Virus record (IMG/VR): IMGVR_UViG_3300033075_001920
Strand: one strand, 5' to 3'
Length of the DNA stretch: 64,000 nucleotides
Source: a virus
Taxonomy: Duplodnaviria; Heunggongvirae; Uroviricota; Caudoviricetes
Shown: positions 34,384 to 43,049 of the stretch, piece after piece
Numbering within the stretch: position 1 is the first letter of the stretch
Layout of the letters: each line of letters starts with the position of its first letter
Program-made: the position numbers and the translations under genes
Notes under the pieces: generated by a model
The model's database searches: none
What the model was told of the DNA's origin: nothing
The model's input: only the letters and a program-made list of their open reading frames with translations

Positions 34384-35010
34384 TTAGAATAATTTCAACT
34401 GTTTTTTGTATTGATTGAACCTTTTAACACCAGCATCAAAATAAGTAGTATTTATTTCGCATATATCTAAATCATATCCCATTTCATCGCAGGCAATAGC
34501 AATACTCATTGAACCTCCATGTGTATCTAAAATTTTAGCATTTGCAACACCTGACCCAAATTTATCAAGAAGGTACTTATACAATTTGACCGGTTTTTGT
34601 GTAGGATGGATTTTATCTTCATTTGTCCTTACAGTTGATTGTCTAAATATTTTTGATGGTTTGTCAAACGAAGTCCATGCATATTCTGCTGCGCTAAAAT
34701 TTTCAAAAGGCTGTTCTTTATCCCATATAACAAAACATCTGTTAGGAGGAAGATCGAAGTAATTCCCCCCCCATATAATTTGATTCTTTGAAACCCTAAA
34801 CAATTCGTTAAAATATTCTTCACTTGGCGCGGTATCCCATTCTTGAATATTACCTCTATTTAAAATTCTGTTTTTTAATTTACCGCTCCCTTGAGAAGAG
34901 CTTTTTGGCATTCCATATGGAGGATCGACAATTGCTAATTCATAAATCTTATCTTCTTTTCCTTTCAAGAAATCCATAGCATCGACATTGTAAAATTCAA
35001 TATTGCTCAT
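34384..35010 (-). CDS. DNA methyltransferase, N6-adenine/N4-cytosine (beta class, DPPY)
   Basis: IVDPPYG (motif IV) comes first, then HPTQKPV and LDTHGGSMS (motif I). Confidence 0.8.
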   Translation of the reverse strand: MSNIEFYNVDAMDFLKGKEDKIYELAIVDPPYGMPKSSSQGSGKLKNRILNRGNIQEWDTAPSEEYFNELFRVSKNQIIWGGNYFDLPPNRCFVIWDKEQPFENFSAAEYAWTSFDKPSKIFRQSTVRTNEDKIHPTQKPVKLYKYLLDKFGSGVANAKILDTHGGSMSIAIACDEMGYDLDICEINTTYFDAGVKRFNQYKKQLKLF

Positions 35011-35441
35011 TTTCTCTTTTTTCTATGATCTTCCATATCGATGTGCAAATCCGGTTTAAAATTAGGGTTTGCTATACACTTTTGTTCGTGTTGTACCAAA
35101 ACCCTCAAAGCTTCTTCTTTGGAAGGGAATCGCGTATTATGTAGGTATTCGTCTGTCCGAGAGGATGGAATGGGTTCATACACATATTTTGTGCCCTGTG
35201 TCAGGCTTTTTGCTAAAGCCCAGGTATTATCCATTAAAACCTTCCAAAGAACTGTTCCATCTCTCTGAATGGCTTTATGGATATAAATTTCCCGACCGAA
35301 TGAACCATCGTTCATCCTATAAGCTCTGGATTCACCAATATAAAAACTATCAGCAGCTAAGTTCCAGTCGAACGGAAGCATTCCGCAAATCTGTTGGTCA
35401 AAATTTTCTTGTATATCTTTTGGTACGTTCATTTTTTTCAA
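35007..35441 (-). CDS. hypothetical protein
   Basis: 144-aa ORF coupled (ATGA) to neighbours. Confidence 0.45.
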   Translation of the reverse strand: MKKMNVPKDIQENFDQQICGMLPFDWNLAADSFYIGESRAYRMNDGSFGREIYIHKAIQRDGTVLWKVLMDNTWALAKSLTQGTKYVYEPIPSSRTDEYLHNTRFPSKEEALRVLVQHEQKCIANPNFKPDLHIDMEDHRKKRK

Positions 35442-35689
35442 TGTATATTTTTCCCCCGAATATCTTTAATTAAATCTTCCTCAAATCCATTTTCCTTAAG
35501 TAATTTAATGGCATCAGTATATGCTTTCACTAGTTTTTGGTTATCAATCACAGCCAGATTGTAAAATGTGGGATGAATCTCATCCTTTCGTTGTTCCATC
35601 CGTAATGCAATATCTTTTACTGCATCCAAGTGCTCTTTAAGGGATTTTATCGGTCCGAGTGGATTTTTAATTGAACTTTTACCGTACAT
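35438..35689 (-). CDS. hypothetical protein
   Basis: 83-aa ORF. Confidence 0.45.
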   Translation of the reverse strand: MYGKSSIKNPLGPIKSLKEHLDAVKDIALRMEQRKDEIHPTFYNLAVIDNQKLVKAYTDAIKLLKENGFEEDLIKDIRGKNIH

Positions 35690-36473
35690 AGGGGAATTGT
35701 CTTATTTTTAAACTTTCAGGAAAATTATTTATGTCATTGCCGTGGCGATCTGAGCCAAGTTGCAATTTTTGGGCAATATGGGTACCAAGCTGCTTTACAA
35801 AGACCGGTACACCCATAGACTGACAATGACCAGCGATAGACTGAATCCATTCTACTTCACATTTGCGGTACCGGTATTTACCGTTTTCATTTCCGGATTC
35901 CCCGCCTATGATTACCCAGTCAATTGTGCCAATTTCAAACTTTCTTGTATTGTCAAGAAATTTGTCAAGCCAGAAAGAAAATAAATCCACCGGCCCTATA
36001 AGAGGTTCGCAGCTCAGGAATCTAACCTTTGCCGGCACCGAAAGAAGCGTAGGGATTCTCTTTCTGGCAAACTCATCATTTTCAACAGAAACGCCTAACC
36101 AGACATTATTCCATCCATCGCCCCAGTCGGGGGGTAAACATTGAAGTATTCTATCTTCACGTTTGGTAAGAATCTGCCAAATAAGATCAGGACGGGAGCG
36201 AATGATATCCCATGCAGCCGGCCTCCACTGGTCAGCTTCTTCTATAAAGAAGTCAGACCAAGAGCATGTAAATATCTTATCTCCGGGCTTTGCCTTACGC
36301 AGTACCTCATTGATAGTTTTTTGCTTTACCTGGATAACCTGTGATGGATCCAGCCCATATCTTTCCTTATCCCGGTACATATAGCAAAATTTACATCCAG
36401 GCGATGTCTTGCGGCATCCTGTCCAAAAGTTCAAGGTATGATCAGTCCATTCAATGGAGGAGTTGGTTGTCAT
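35679..36473 (-). CDS. phage Gp37/Gp68 family (DUF5131) protein
   Basis: The N-terminus SIEWTDHTLNFWTGCRKTSPGCKFCY is the characteristic IEWT...GC...GC..CY signature. Also WVIIGGESG. Confidence 0.7.
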   Translation of the reverse strand: MTTNSSIEWTDHTLNFWTGCRKTSPGCKFCYMYRDKERYGLDPSQVIQVKQKTINEVLRKAKPGDKIFTCSWSDFFIEEADQWRPAAWDIIRSRPDLIWQILTKREDRILQCLPPDWGDGWNNVWLGVSVENDEFARKRIPTLLSVPAKVRFLSCEPLIGPVDLFSFWLDKFLDNTRKFEIGTIDWVIIGGESGNENGKYRYRKCEVEWIQSIAGHCQSMGVPVFVKQLGTHIAQKLQLGSDRHGNDINNFPESLKIRQFPYVR

Positions 36474-36475
36474 AA

Positions 36476-36733
36476 TTAATCGATAAATCCAATTACTGTT
36501 GTTATGTCTCCGTTTACGATGGACTGCTTCCGTTTTCCTTCTTCCATTAATGGCTTAGGATTCATAGGACCGATGATATGCTTTACAATAAACTTTTTTT
36601 GCTTAATAAGATCATCACTCTGATCTTGGTTGAATGCTTGCCCAAAATGAAGATTCCCTTCTTTGTCAGTCCATTTGATTACAAAACCTCCTTTTTCCCG
36701 ATTACCCATAATATCTTTGCCGTTGTATGACAT
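36476..36733 (-). CDS. hypothetical protein
   Basis: 85-aa ORF. Confidence 0.45.
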   Translation of the reverse strand: MSYNGKDIMGNREKGGFVIKWTDKEGNLHFGQAFNQDQSDDLIKQKKFIVKHIIGPMNPKPLMEEGKRKQSIVNGDITTVIGFID

Positions 36734-37035
36734 TATTTTGTTTCCAAATTGACCGGTGGGTTATTCCCGATTTGAACGGATTGGGTTTTATAGAATTCAA
36801 TTTCCTTAGCAGTCAATTCCCTGCACTTGGATTTTGGGAATAGCACATCTATTAAGCCAAAACCTGTCACCCAGTTTCCAATGTAATAGTCTGGTGTTTC
36901 ATGGGTTGCCACAAGTAAATCTTCTTCGGTCCGACTGATTTCTCCCAGTGTGTGGTGAGCCGTAGTCCCCATCATGTATTTAAGTTCAATGGGAGTTTTC
37001 TGGTTTAATTGTTCTTGAATTTCTTTGTCTTTCAT
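36733..37035 (-). CDS. hypothetical protein
   Basis: 100-aa ORF. Confidence 0.45.
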   Translation of the reverse strand: MKDKEIQEQLNQKTPIELKYMMGTTAHHTLGEISRTEEDLLVATHETPDYYIGNWVTGFGLIDVLFPKSKCRELTAKEIEFYKTQSVQIGNNPPVNLETK

Positions 37036-37466
37036 GATTTTAAAGTTAAAGTGGTTAAATCTATGGCAAACCCTTTTGGAATGAGATTAAATATATCAAA
37101 CTTTTTAGAAAGAAGCCATAGTGTTACATCTATTCCTCTTTGGGAATGATGCCAATTAATGATAGGTCCTGCCTGAATTTCCGGTAGAATGTTTTTGGTG
37201 GATGTTGAAGATAAATCTCTGTGAAATTCACGTTTTTCCGAATCTGTCATGCTGGATAAAGGTCGGAGCAATAGTTTAAATGGAAGTGGCATTTCATTTT
37301 TATCTTCAATTTGCCACAAGAGATCAATTAAGGGATGTCCGGTCGAAGAATATCCACCCACTTCATCAATATTAATATTGTCAATTTTTCCAGAATCATT
37401 CCATATGATTTTTAAATCAAAAGGAATATATGAAGCGAATTGTTGAAATGTCAGTTTATTTTTCAT
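37032..37466 (-). CDS. hypothetical protein (paralog family with C-terminal ..GFAIDLTTL)
   Basis: 144 aa. The C-terminus LWLLSKKFDIFNLIPKGFAIDLTTL resembles the C-terminus of ORF 58353. Confidence 0.45.
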   Translation of the reverse strand: MKNKLTFQQFASYIPFDLKIIWNDSGKIDNINIDEVGGYSSTGHPLIDLLWQIEDKNEMPLPFKLLLRPLSSMTDSEKREFHRDLSSTSTKNILPEIQAGPIINWHHSQRGIDVTLWLLSKKFDIFNLIPKGFAIDLTTLTLKS

Positions 37467-37512
37467 CCCTGTATTATTTTTGATTTTTATTGATTTTAAA
37501 TTCCTTGATTAT

Positions 37513-38055
37513 TTAAGTAACATTTTTTATAAATTCATCCCAATCTTCGATTGTATCAGCTTCTTCACCTTCTATAAAAAGACTTTTTCCACCTCTGCCT
37601 CTAAAATAACAGCAGCCCTTACATCTGTCTATTCCGTGCAATCTTTGAGATTTACAACCAAGACATCCACAGTGAAATATAATATTTGGATTATTGCCAG
37701 ATATAATAATCCCATTTGGATATTGTTCGGTAAGCCATTCAGTTCTATAAGCGTCCGCATACATTTTGTATTCAATGTAATCATCATCAGATAGAAACTC
37801 TATACACCTCATAGGTTTGTCGTAGTTCTGAGTATCAATCCAGAAATGCTTGAATGCTTCTTTTCGGTCATTTGGAAACATAGCAAAGTAGTCAATGTAG
37901 TATATATCCTTCATTTTTTCCTCATACTCTATTTGTGCCGCAATTCTTTCGCGCTCATCAATCTCAAAATGCTTTGTATTTGTTGGCAAATTCTCAACCT
38001 TATGTGTCATGTATATAAGCCATGCAACTACAATAATTGTAATTAATATTTCCAT
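37513..38055 (-). CDS. N-terminally anchored Cys-rich protein
   Basis: 180 aa with helix ILITIIVVAWLIYM and the C-terminal cluster HCGCLGCKSQRLHGIDRCKGCCYF. Confidence 0.5.
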   Translation of the reverse strand: MEILITIIVVAWLIYMTHKVENLPTNTKHFEIDERERIAAQIEYEEKMKDIYYIDYFAMFPNDRKEAFKHFWIDTQNYDKPMRCIEFLSDDDYIEYKMYADAYRTEWLTEQYPNGIIISGNNPNIIFHCGCLGCKSQRLHGIDRCKGCCYFRGRGGKSLFIEGEEADTIEDWDEFIKNVT

Positions 38056-38117
38056 TTTATTTTCACATTTGATTGTATTGCTTTCATCTTAAAAGTAATC
38101 TGCATTAAAACATTAAT

Positions 38118-38531
38118 TTATAGGGCTTTTAATCGATTGATTACATCAGCCGGTGTATGGCCATCAAACTCAAATAATGCTCTATCTTTTGCGGGGATTC
38201 TAAACAGATCCCAATCCTCTCTTTTGTAGTGATTAGTTATCTGTCCTGTAGGGAGCATGGCAACCACTACAAACCAATTTTCATCTCCGAAGCAATATTC
38301 GCCGTCAGCATGCCTAACGGATTTATGCACATCATACATTCCGGCTGCAGCCCATTGATTAAAGAGTGCGGCATTATAAACTTTCCGAAACTCATACAAT
38401 TCATCAAACGTATGATATCCGTCTGATATGTCTTTACTTATACAGAACTTCCCAATTACATCATTAACGATTTTGGTATTGTATAGCTTATCTTTCTCGT
38501 CAGATCTTAGTGATATTGGCATTGTTTTCAT
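38118..38531 (-). CDS. hypothetical protein
   Basis: 137-aa ORF containing YHTFDELYEFR...HADG...WFVVVAMLPTGQITNHY, a widely seen phage family of unknown function. Confidence 0.45.
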   Translation of the reverse strand: MKTMPISLRSDEKDKLYNTKIVNDVIGKFCISKDISDGYHTFDELYEFRKVYNAALFNQWAAAGMYDVHKSVRHADGEYCFGDENWFVVVAMLPTGQITNHYKREDWDLFRIPAKDRALFEFDGHTPADVINRLKAL

Positions 38532-38535
38532 TTTT

Positions 38536-38688
38536 TTATCTGGGTTTATGTTTTATATACCGAAAACGATTATTTGACATTAAATCACAAATACTATCAC
38601 AAGTTGAGCGCATCCAAGTCCATTGCTCTAATTGTTTATCCCAAAGTTTGATCCAATCACCCCTGAGTTTTGCAAAATTTGGTTTCAT
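38536..38688 (-). CDS. micro-ORF (50 aa)
   Basis: Not in the track. MKPNFAKLRGDWIKLWDKQLEQWTWMRSTCDSICDLMSNNRFRYIKHKPR. ATGA overlap with the upstream gene. It fills the gap exactly. Confidence 0.4.
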   Translation of the reverse strand: MKPNFAKLRGDWIKLWDKQLEQWTWMRSTCDSICDLMSNNRFRYIKHKPR

Positions 38689-38906
38689 TTGATTGTATCT
38701 CCTATTTGATATTTTTTACAGGAATCTTCGAACAAGTGTAAGTTATAGTCTGAATAATATTCATACATACAGATACACGGCATCAGTTTCTTTCTTGGCT
38801 CGAAGGAATACGACTTTGATGCTATAACTTTACCTCTCGGTTTTGGAGTATAACCGCAACCACTGAATACCAAAATTGATAGTATTAAGGCGATAAGTTT
38901 TTTCAT
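38685..38906 (-). CDS. small lipoprotein
   Basis: Signal plus lipobox MKKLIALILSILVFSGC. Confidence 0.55.
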   Translation of the reverse strand: MKKLIALILSILVFSGCGYTPKPRGKVIASKSYSFEPRKKLMPCICMYEYYSDYNLHLFEDSCKKYQIGDTIK

Positions 38907-39142
38907 TATTTAAATGTTTCTTGATAATATTCTCCGCCTTCTGTGAACAAGGTATTATCACCTATATCGTTAGTGCTATTACTAAATCCTTTGTTAAAAG
39001 CATCTATGATAACCTGTTTTTCGGTTGGTAGTTTACGAATAGCGAGTTGTTTACAGTATAGATATACTTGCCTGTTAGAAATAGGACCTCTTTTGGCAGC
39101 TTTATCAAATTCCTCTATTAATTGTTGCAATGGTGTTTTCAT
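38906..39142 (-). CDS. hypothetical protein
   Basis: 78-aa ORF. Confidence 0.45.
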   Translation of the reverse strand: MKTPLQQLIEEFDKAAKRGPISNRQVYLYCKQLAIRKLPTEKQVIIDAFNKGFSNSTNDIGDNTLFTEGGEYYQETFK

Positions 39143-39327
39143 TTCTTTTCGCTTAAAAGTGTTTCAATTTCAGAATCCGTGATTTGCCCAGTATGGTCGT
39201 AGCCCTTATTAAGGCCGTAAACCAATACCTTTCTTACCTGTTCTTTGGTCATCGGTTTGCCGTTATGGACAAAAGCTCTATATGACTTATTTATCTGGGC
39301 TAATGCCCCTTTGATATCTGCATTCAT
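39139..39327 (-). CDS. hypothetical protein
   Basis: 62-aa ORF. Confidence 0.4.
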   Translation of the reverse strand: MNADIKGALAQINKSYRAFVHNGKPMTKEQVRKVLVYGLNKGYDHTGQITDSEIETLLSEKK

Positions 39328-39875
39328 TTCAATAATTCTTTAGCTTTTACTTCCATGTCCCGGATGTCTCCATTATTGTTAATAGATCTACCATGTTCAG
39401 CAAGTGCTTGAAAATTATCATAAAAGAATCTTAAACAGGCTCTGAGCCTTTCATTCTCACTTTTTAAAACCTCAAATCTTGCAGACTGTTCTTTCATTCC
39501 TGATGTTAAAGTTTCTATTATAACATTTCTCCCTTCTAACTGTTCTTTTAAAACCTCTATCTCGGAAGGTTCAGCACTTTTCAATGCAGGTTCGATAATT
39601 TCAGAACGATATTTGTCTTTAAGAGAAGGTTCAGCACTTTCTATGATATTACCACTTGAATCTAAAAAGACTTCGGTGTAGCCTTTAGGTGGGATATCGG
39701 AATTATAAGTAATATAATCAGCATTGTCAACAATACCTTCATAATCAATAAACCAATATTCGCCAATTATCGGAGCATCAACTTCCCAAAGATTGTTCTC
39801 CCCTCCCAATTTTTCAAGTGCAGGAATAACAAACTGTTTGTTTTCTTCTGTTACTCTTATGTATCTTTTTCTCAT
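39324..39875 (-). CDS. hypothetical protein
   Basis: 183-aa ORF with a C-terminal coiled coil. Confidence 0.45.
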   Translation of the reverse strand: MRKRYIRVTEENKQFVIPALEKLGGENNLWEVDAPIIGEYWFIDYEGIVDNADYITYNSDIPPKGYTEVFLDSSGNIIESAEPSLKDKYRSEIIEPALKSAEPSEIEVLKEQLEGRNVIIETLTSGMKEQSARFEVLKSENERLRACLRFFYDNFQALAEHGRSINNNGDIRDMEVKAKELLK

Positions 39876-39879
39876 GGCT

Positions 39880-40050
39880 TTAATCGTTACGCGATTTTAA
39901 ATATTCAAAAATATCCTTTGGAAATCCGAACCATAATTCCCGGAAACCTTCCGATTTAGCGAACATTATCATACCAATGATGGTGCAGCAAATAAGAGCA
40001 GTGGCGGCAAGCCAGATCGTTAAAAGAATGGAAAGAAAGAATAATTTCAT
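39880..40050 (-). CDS. small membrane protein
   Basis: The internal ATG at 40050 (MKLFFLSILLTIWLAATALICCTIIGMIMF) avoids overlap with the upstream gene. Confidence 0.45.
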   Translation of the reverse strand: MKLFFLSILLTIWLAATALICCTIIGMIMFAKSEGFRELWFGFPKDIFEYLKSRND

Positions 40051-40057
40051 AATTTGA

Positions 40058-40525
40058 TTAAATAAGAAAGTAATTACCCACCTTTGAATAAACAACATTG
40101 TTCTTCAACATCTCCATCCACTCTTCTTTAGAGGCGGTATAATTAGCAAATGTTGTGCAGTTTTCAGCAGCATATTCACAAAGCTTTTCCAGTTCATCTG
40201 CTTTAAATACAGGGCTTTCGGGTGTTCCTTCTGATGTCTCTTCGTATAACTGAATATGGGTTAGTTCCTCTGGAGTATATTTTTTGGTTTGATATCGTTC
40301 TATCTCAGGAGCGTCTCCATTCCACATAGCATAAAACGGGTATTTTTCTTTTGAGGCATCCCCGCTTAACAAATCAGGATGCGTTCCGGCTTCCCATAAT
40401 TGATGGTTATGTAACCACTCATTTAATGCATCGCCATAATATTTATTAAACATAGGGATGTAATTCCCATCACTGTCCTTTGGATGCTCCCATCCTTCGG
40501 GAACTTTTCTAATTATTCTACCCAT
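40058..40525 (-). CDS. hypothetical protein
   Basis: 155-aa ORF. Confidence 0.45.
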   Translation of the reverse strand: MGRIIRKVPEGWEHPKDSDGNYIPMFNKYYGDALNEWLHNHQLWEAGTHPDLLSGDASKEKYPFYAMWNGDAPEIERYQTKKYTPEELTHIQLYEETSEGTPESPVFKADELEKLCEYAAENCTTFANYTASKEEWMEMLKNNVVYSKVGNYFLI

Positions 40526-40531
40526 AATGAT

Positions 40532-41467
40532 TTATTTTGGGAGTTGTACAATTGCTCCGGAGTTTGGGGAAAGCACAGTAGTAGGATTTACCCCATTCCA
40601 TGTTTTAACTTTTAGATATTCAATATAAAGCGGAGTAAGCTGCATCTGCTCTTTCTTTATTGCTTCCGCGCGTCCGGATGCGGCGATCACAGCCTGGGCA
40701 GAATCTCCTCTGGCTGTGGCTATTTTTCGCAGAGCTTCCGCTGCAGCTACCTTGGTTTGGCTTTCGGCTACCATAACATCCTGTATTGCTTTGGTTTTCT
40801 GAACAATTGATTCTTTAAGGGCATCGGGAGGCATAATATTGGTTCTAAGTTGCGATATCGTAAACCACTTTCCGGTACGTTTTATAGTTTCAGCAATGAT
40901 CGACATTTCAAATAGTTCTCTGTGATTAAAAATACTATCTACGGTCCAGCTATTACTTACATCATTTATAGAGCTGGTAATGGCGGTTTTAAGCCATAAT
41001 TGTTCTACTTCTTTCAAGGGAAGTCTAAGGTTGGAAAACATATCTCCTACCGTGCCCGGAATAAGTGAATAGTTAAAGGAAGGTTTTATAATAGTTGGAA
41101 ATCCACCCTTGGTAATTACCGGCTGCTCAGGATAATCGACATGTTGCTGGAAGATCTGGTATTCGTATAGTTTTGAAAACCAACTATTATAAACCACCCA
41201 TCCGCCTTTTAATTCGTATTTCGAAATTCCTCTTTCATTTCCGGATAAGCGAAAAACTATACCTACACTCCCGGCATCGACTCGTTTAATTGTAAATGGC
41301 TGGATAAATGAAAAAACGATTCCGCCTGAGAAGATGGAAAAGGTGATAATAGCTGCTTTGATTTTTGAGCTTGCGCTGGCGTCAGAATCAGTAAAAACGC
41401 TTAATTTTTTGAAGATGTACCAAACGGTAATTGCTATCGTTAAAAGTACGAAAATTGTAGTAATCAT
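40532..41467 (-). CDS. SPFH/band-7 (prohibitin-homology) domain membrane protein
   Basis: N-terminal helices, then VDAGSVGIVFRLSG... and a C-terminal Ala/Glu-rich helix (VAAAEALRKIATARGDSAQAVIAASGRAEAIKKEQ) typical of SPFH proteins. Confidence 0.6.
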   Translation of the reverse strand: MITTIFVLLTIAITVWYIFKKLSVFTDSDASASSKIKAAIITFSIFSGGIVFSFIQPFTIKRVDAGSVGIVFRLSGNERGISKYELKGGWVVYNSWFSKLYEYQIFQQHVDYPEQPVITKGGFPTIIKPSFNYSLIPGTVGDMFSNLRLPLKEVEQLWLKTAITSSINDVSNSWTVDSIFNHRELFEMSIIAETIKRTGKWFTISQLRTNIMPPDALKESIVQKTKAIQDVMVAESQTKVAAAEALRKIATARGDSAQAVIAASGRAEAIKKEQMQLTPLYIEYLKVKTWNGVNPTTVLSPNSGAIVQLPK

Positions 41468-41679
41468 TGTTGTGGGTTATTTTTTTTTGGTTTTAAAATT
41501 TCGATTAACAATCCGAGGAGTATAAGACTCACTCCCAGTATAGCTACAGCGCAGCCCATCTGAAGCCAGGTATCACTACTTTCGCTGAAAAGGCTGAATA
41601 GGTAATCAAGAATCATCATCCAGCCAATTAGTATAATGGAAGTGAGCATGATTTTTTTGAAGATGGTTATTTTGTTCAT
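41464..41679 (-). CDS. two-helix small membrane protein
   Basis: 71 aa with LTSIILIGWMMILDYLF and CAVAILGVSLILLGLLI. ATGA-coupled upstream of the SPFH gene. Confidence 0.5.
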   Translation of the reverse strand: MNKITIFKKIMLTSIILIGWMMILDYLFSLFSESSDTWLQMGCAVAILGVSLILLGLLIEILKPKKNNPQQ

Positions 41680-41811
41680 ACAGATTTGATAATTAAGTTT
41701 TTTTGATTTTACCGGTTGCTACTTCCTTCTTTGACTTACTACTTGAAATACAATCCAAAATGAGCAGGATCAAAGAAAGGATTGCAACAGTCCTGAAAAA
41801 GCAATTTCTTC

Positions 41812-42204
41812 TCACTTGGCTTTAATAATTAAGGATGATTCGTCTAAGGTAATAGAATACGGCTTTTTGCACGCCGAGCATTCAAATGCTGTGTCGTTAA
41901 AAACAATTTTCATATTTTGAATAGCTTCTTCCTGTCTGTCCACATGATGCGATTCATAAGAAAAGAGCTTCTTCCTTCCGCATATGCAGGTAAATGTCCC
42001 GCCGGCCACTATGGATGATACTTCTTCATTGCTGTATAAGACCAGAACAGAGAGAATAATTCCAGAAAGCAGATCATCGTGGTACTTTTGAGTTTTTTTA
42101 AAAGCCCGGATATGTTCACTGTTGTGTATCTGAGGTATGATTTTTCTGCCGTTGGCAAGCATTGTTCCGTCAGTAGAAACGGAGTAAATTATTCTATTTT
42201 CCAT
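41812..42204 (-). CDS. hypothetical Cys-containing protein
   Basis: 130 aa with CICG...H and CSACKK pairs. Confidence 0.45.
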   Translation of the reverse strand: MENRIIYSVSTDGTMLANGRKIIPQIHNSEHIRAFKKTQKYHDDLLSGIILSVLVLYSNEEVSSIVAGGTFTCICGRKKLFSYESHHVDRQEEAIQNMKIVFNDTAFECSACKKPYSITLDESSLIIKAK

Positions 42205-42257
42205 TGTAATTGTGATTCAACATTATACCATTGTTTTAATATTTCCAAATAAATTAT

Positions 42258-42821
42258 CTAAGGGTATTGAACAGGGTTTTTTGAGAAAACCAAGATCTTT
42301 CCCTCAAATGAGGGCATATACTTGTTTTCATTAGAATTAAACCATTCTAAAAAATTTCTATGTCCAAGTCCATCATTCTCTGCTAGTTTATTGATTGTAT
42401 CATCGTAATGATCAAAAAGCCATTCGCCTCCATTGAATTTTATAGCATCAAGTCCAAAGCCTAATTCAACCGGGATAATTTGATTAATTGTGGAGCACGC
42501 AAATATCATCTGAGCTGTGCGGTATGGTCTGCCGCTCCAAACGCGTAAAGAAGCCGGTTCTCCTTCCTTAAAACGGGAGGTCCTTCGGATAGTGTGAATT
42601 TTGGTTCTTGTGGTTTCAAAGTCAAGGTAGAGGGAATCAAAAAAGCTGTTAATCTGTTTTAACGAAAACCGGTCGCTATTTTCTTTGATCAGGAACTGAC
42701 GGTATTTTTCATTTATAGGAATATGCAGTCCTTTTAGAACAGATTCCACAAAATAAGTAGATTGGCCAGCCCTTGGATGGTAATGGGGGAATTCCCTGGA
42801 AAATGATAATACCTTTGCCAT
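42258..42821 (-). CDS. hypothetical protein
   Basis: 187-aa ORF. Confidence 0.45.
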   Translation of the reverse strand: MAKVLSFSREFPHYHPRAGQSTYFVESVLKGLHIPINEKYRQFLIKENSDRFSLKQINSFFDSLYLDFETTRTKIHTIRRTSRFKEGEPASLRVWSGRPYRTAQMIFACSTINQIIPVELGFGLDAIKFNGGEWLFDHYDDTINKLAENDGLGHRNFLEWFNSNENKYMPSFEGKILVFSKNPVQYP

Positions 42822-43027
42822 TATTGATTTGCTTCGTTAAAGATTTTCCATCCTCGATTAAAATGCTCCTGGTTTCTGTAAGCCCAAAATTCCTTAGGGG
42901 AGCATCGAACCCCGTCTTCCATCACATATTCATCCTCTTCCTGTTTTACCCATTCGCCACTAGAAAAATATTCATGAGTAAGTACTTTTCCGGCAAGCAG
43001 AGCTTGTTTTGCTTCTAGCATGTTCAT
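42821..43027 (-). CDS. small hypothetical protein
   Basis: The track start at 43123 overlaps the methyltransferase gene by 73 nt. The ATG at 43027 (MNMLEAKQALLAGKVL...) removes the overlap. Confidence 0.4.
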   Translation of the reverse strand: MNMLEAKQALLAGKVLTHEYFSSGEWVKQEEDEYVMEDGVRCSPKEFWAYRNQEHFNRGWKIFNEANQ

Positions 43028-43049
43028 ATCTGATAATATTTGTAAGTGG

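Noticed and set aside
42821-43027. Resemblance of MNMLEAKQALLAGKVLTHEYF...W... to the N-terminus of DUF2829/Tad2-like small phage proteins (xxFxEAxxALxxGKKVxRxxW).
   Set aside because: The similarity is limited to a short helix-plus-GK pattern. I cannot verify it without a profile search, so no anti-defence call is made.
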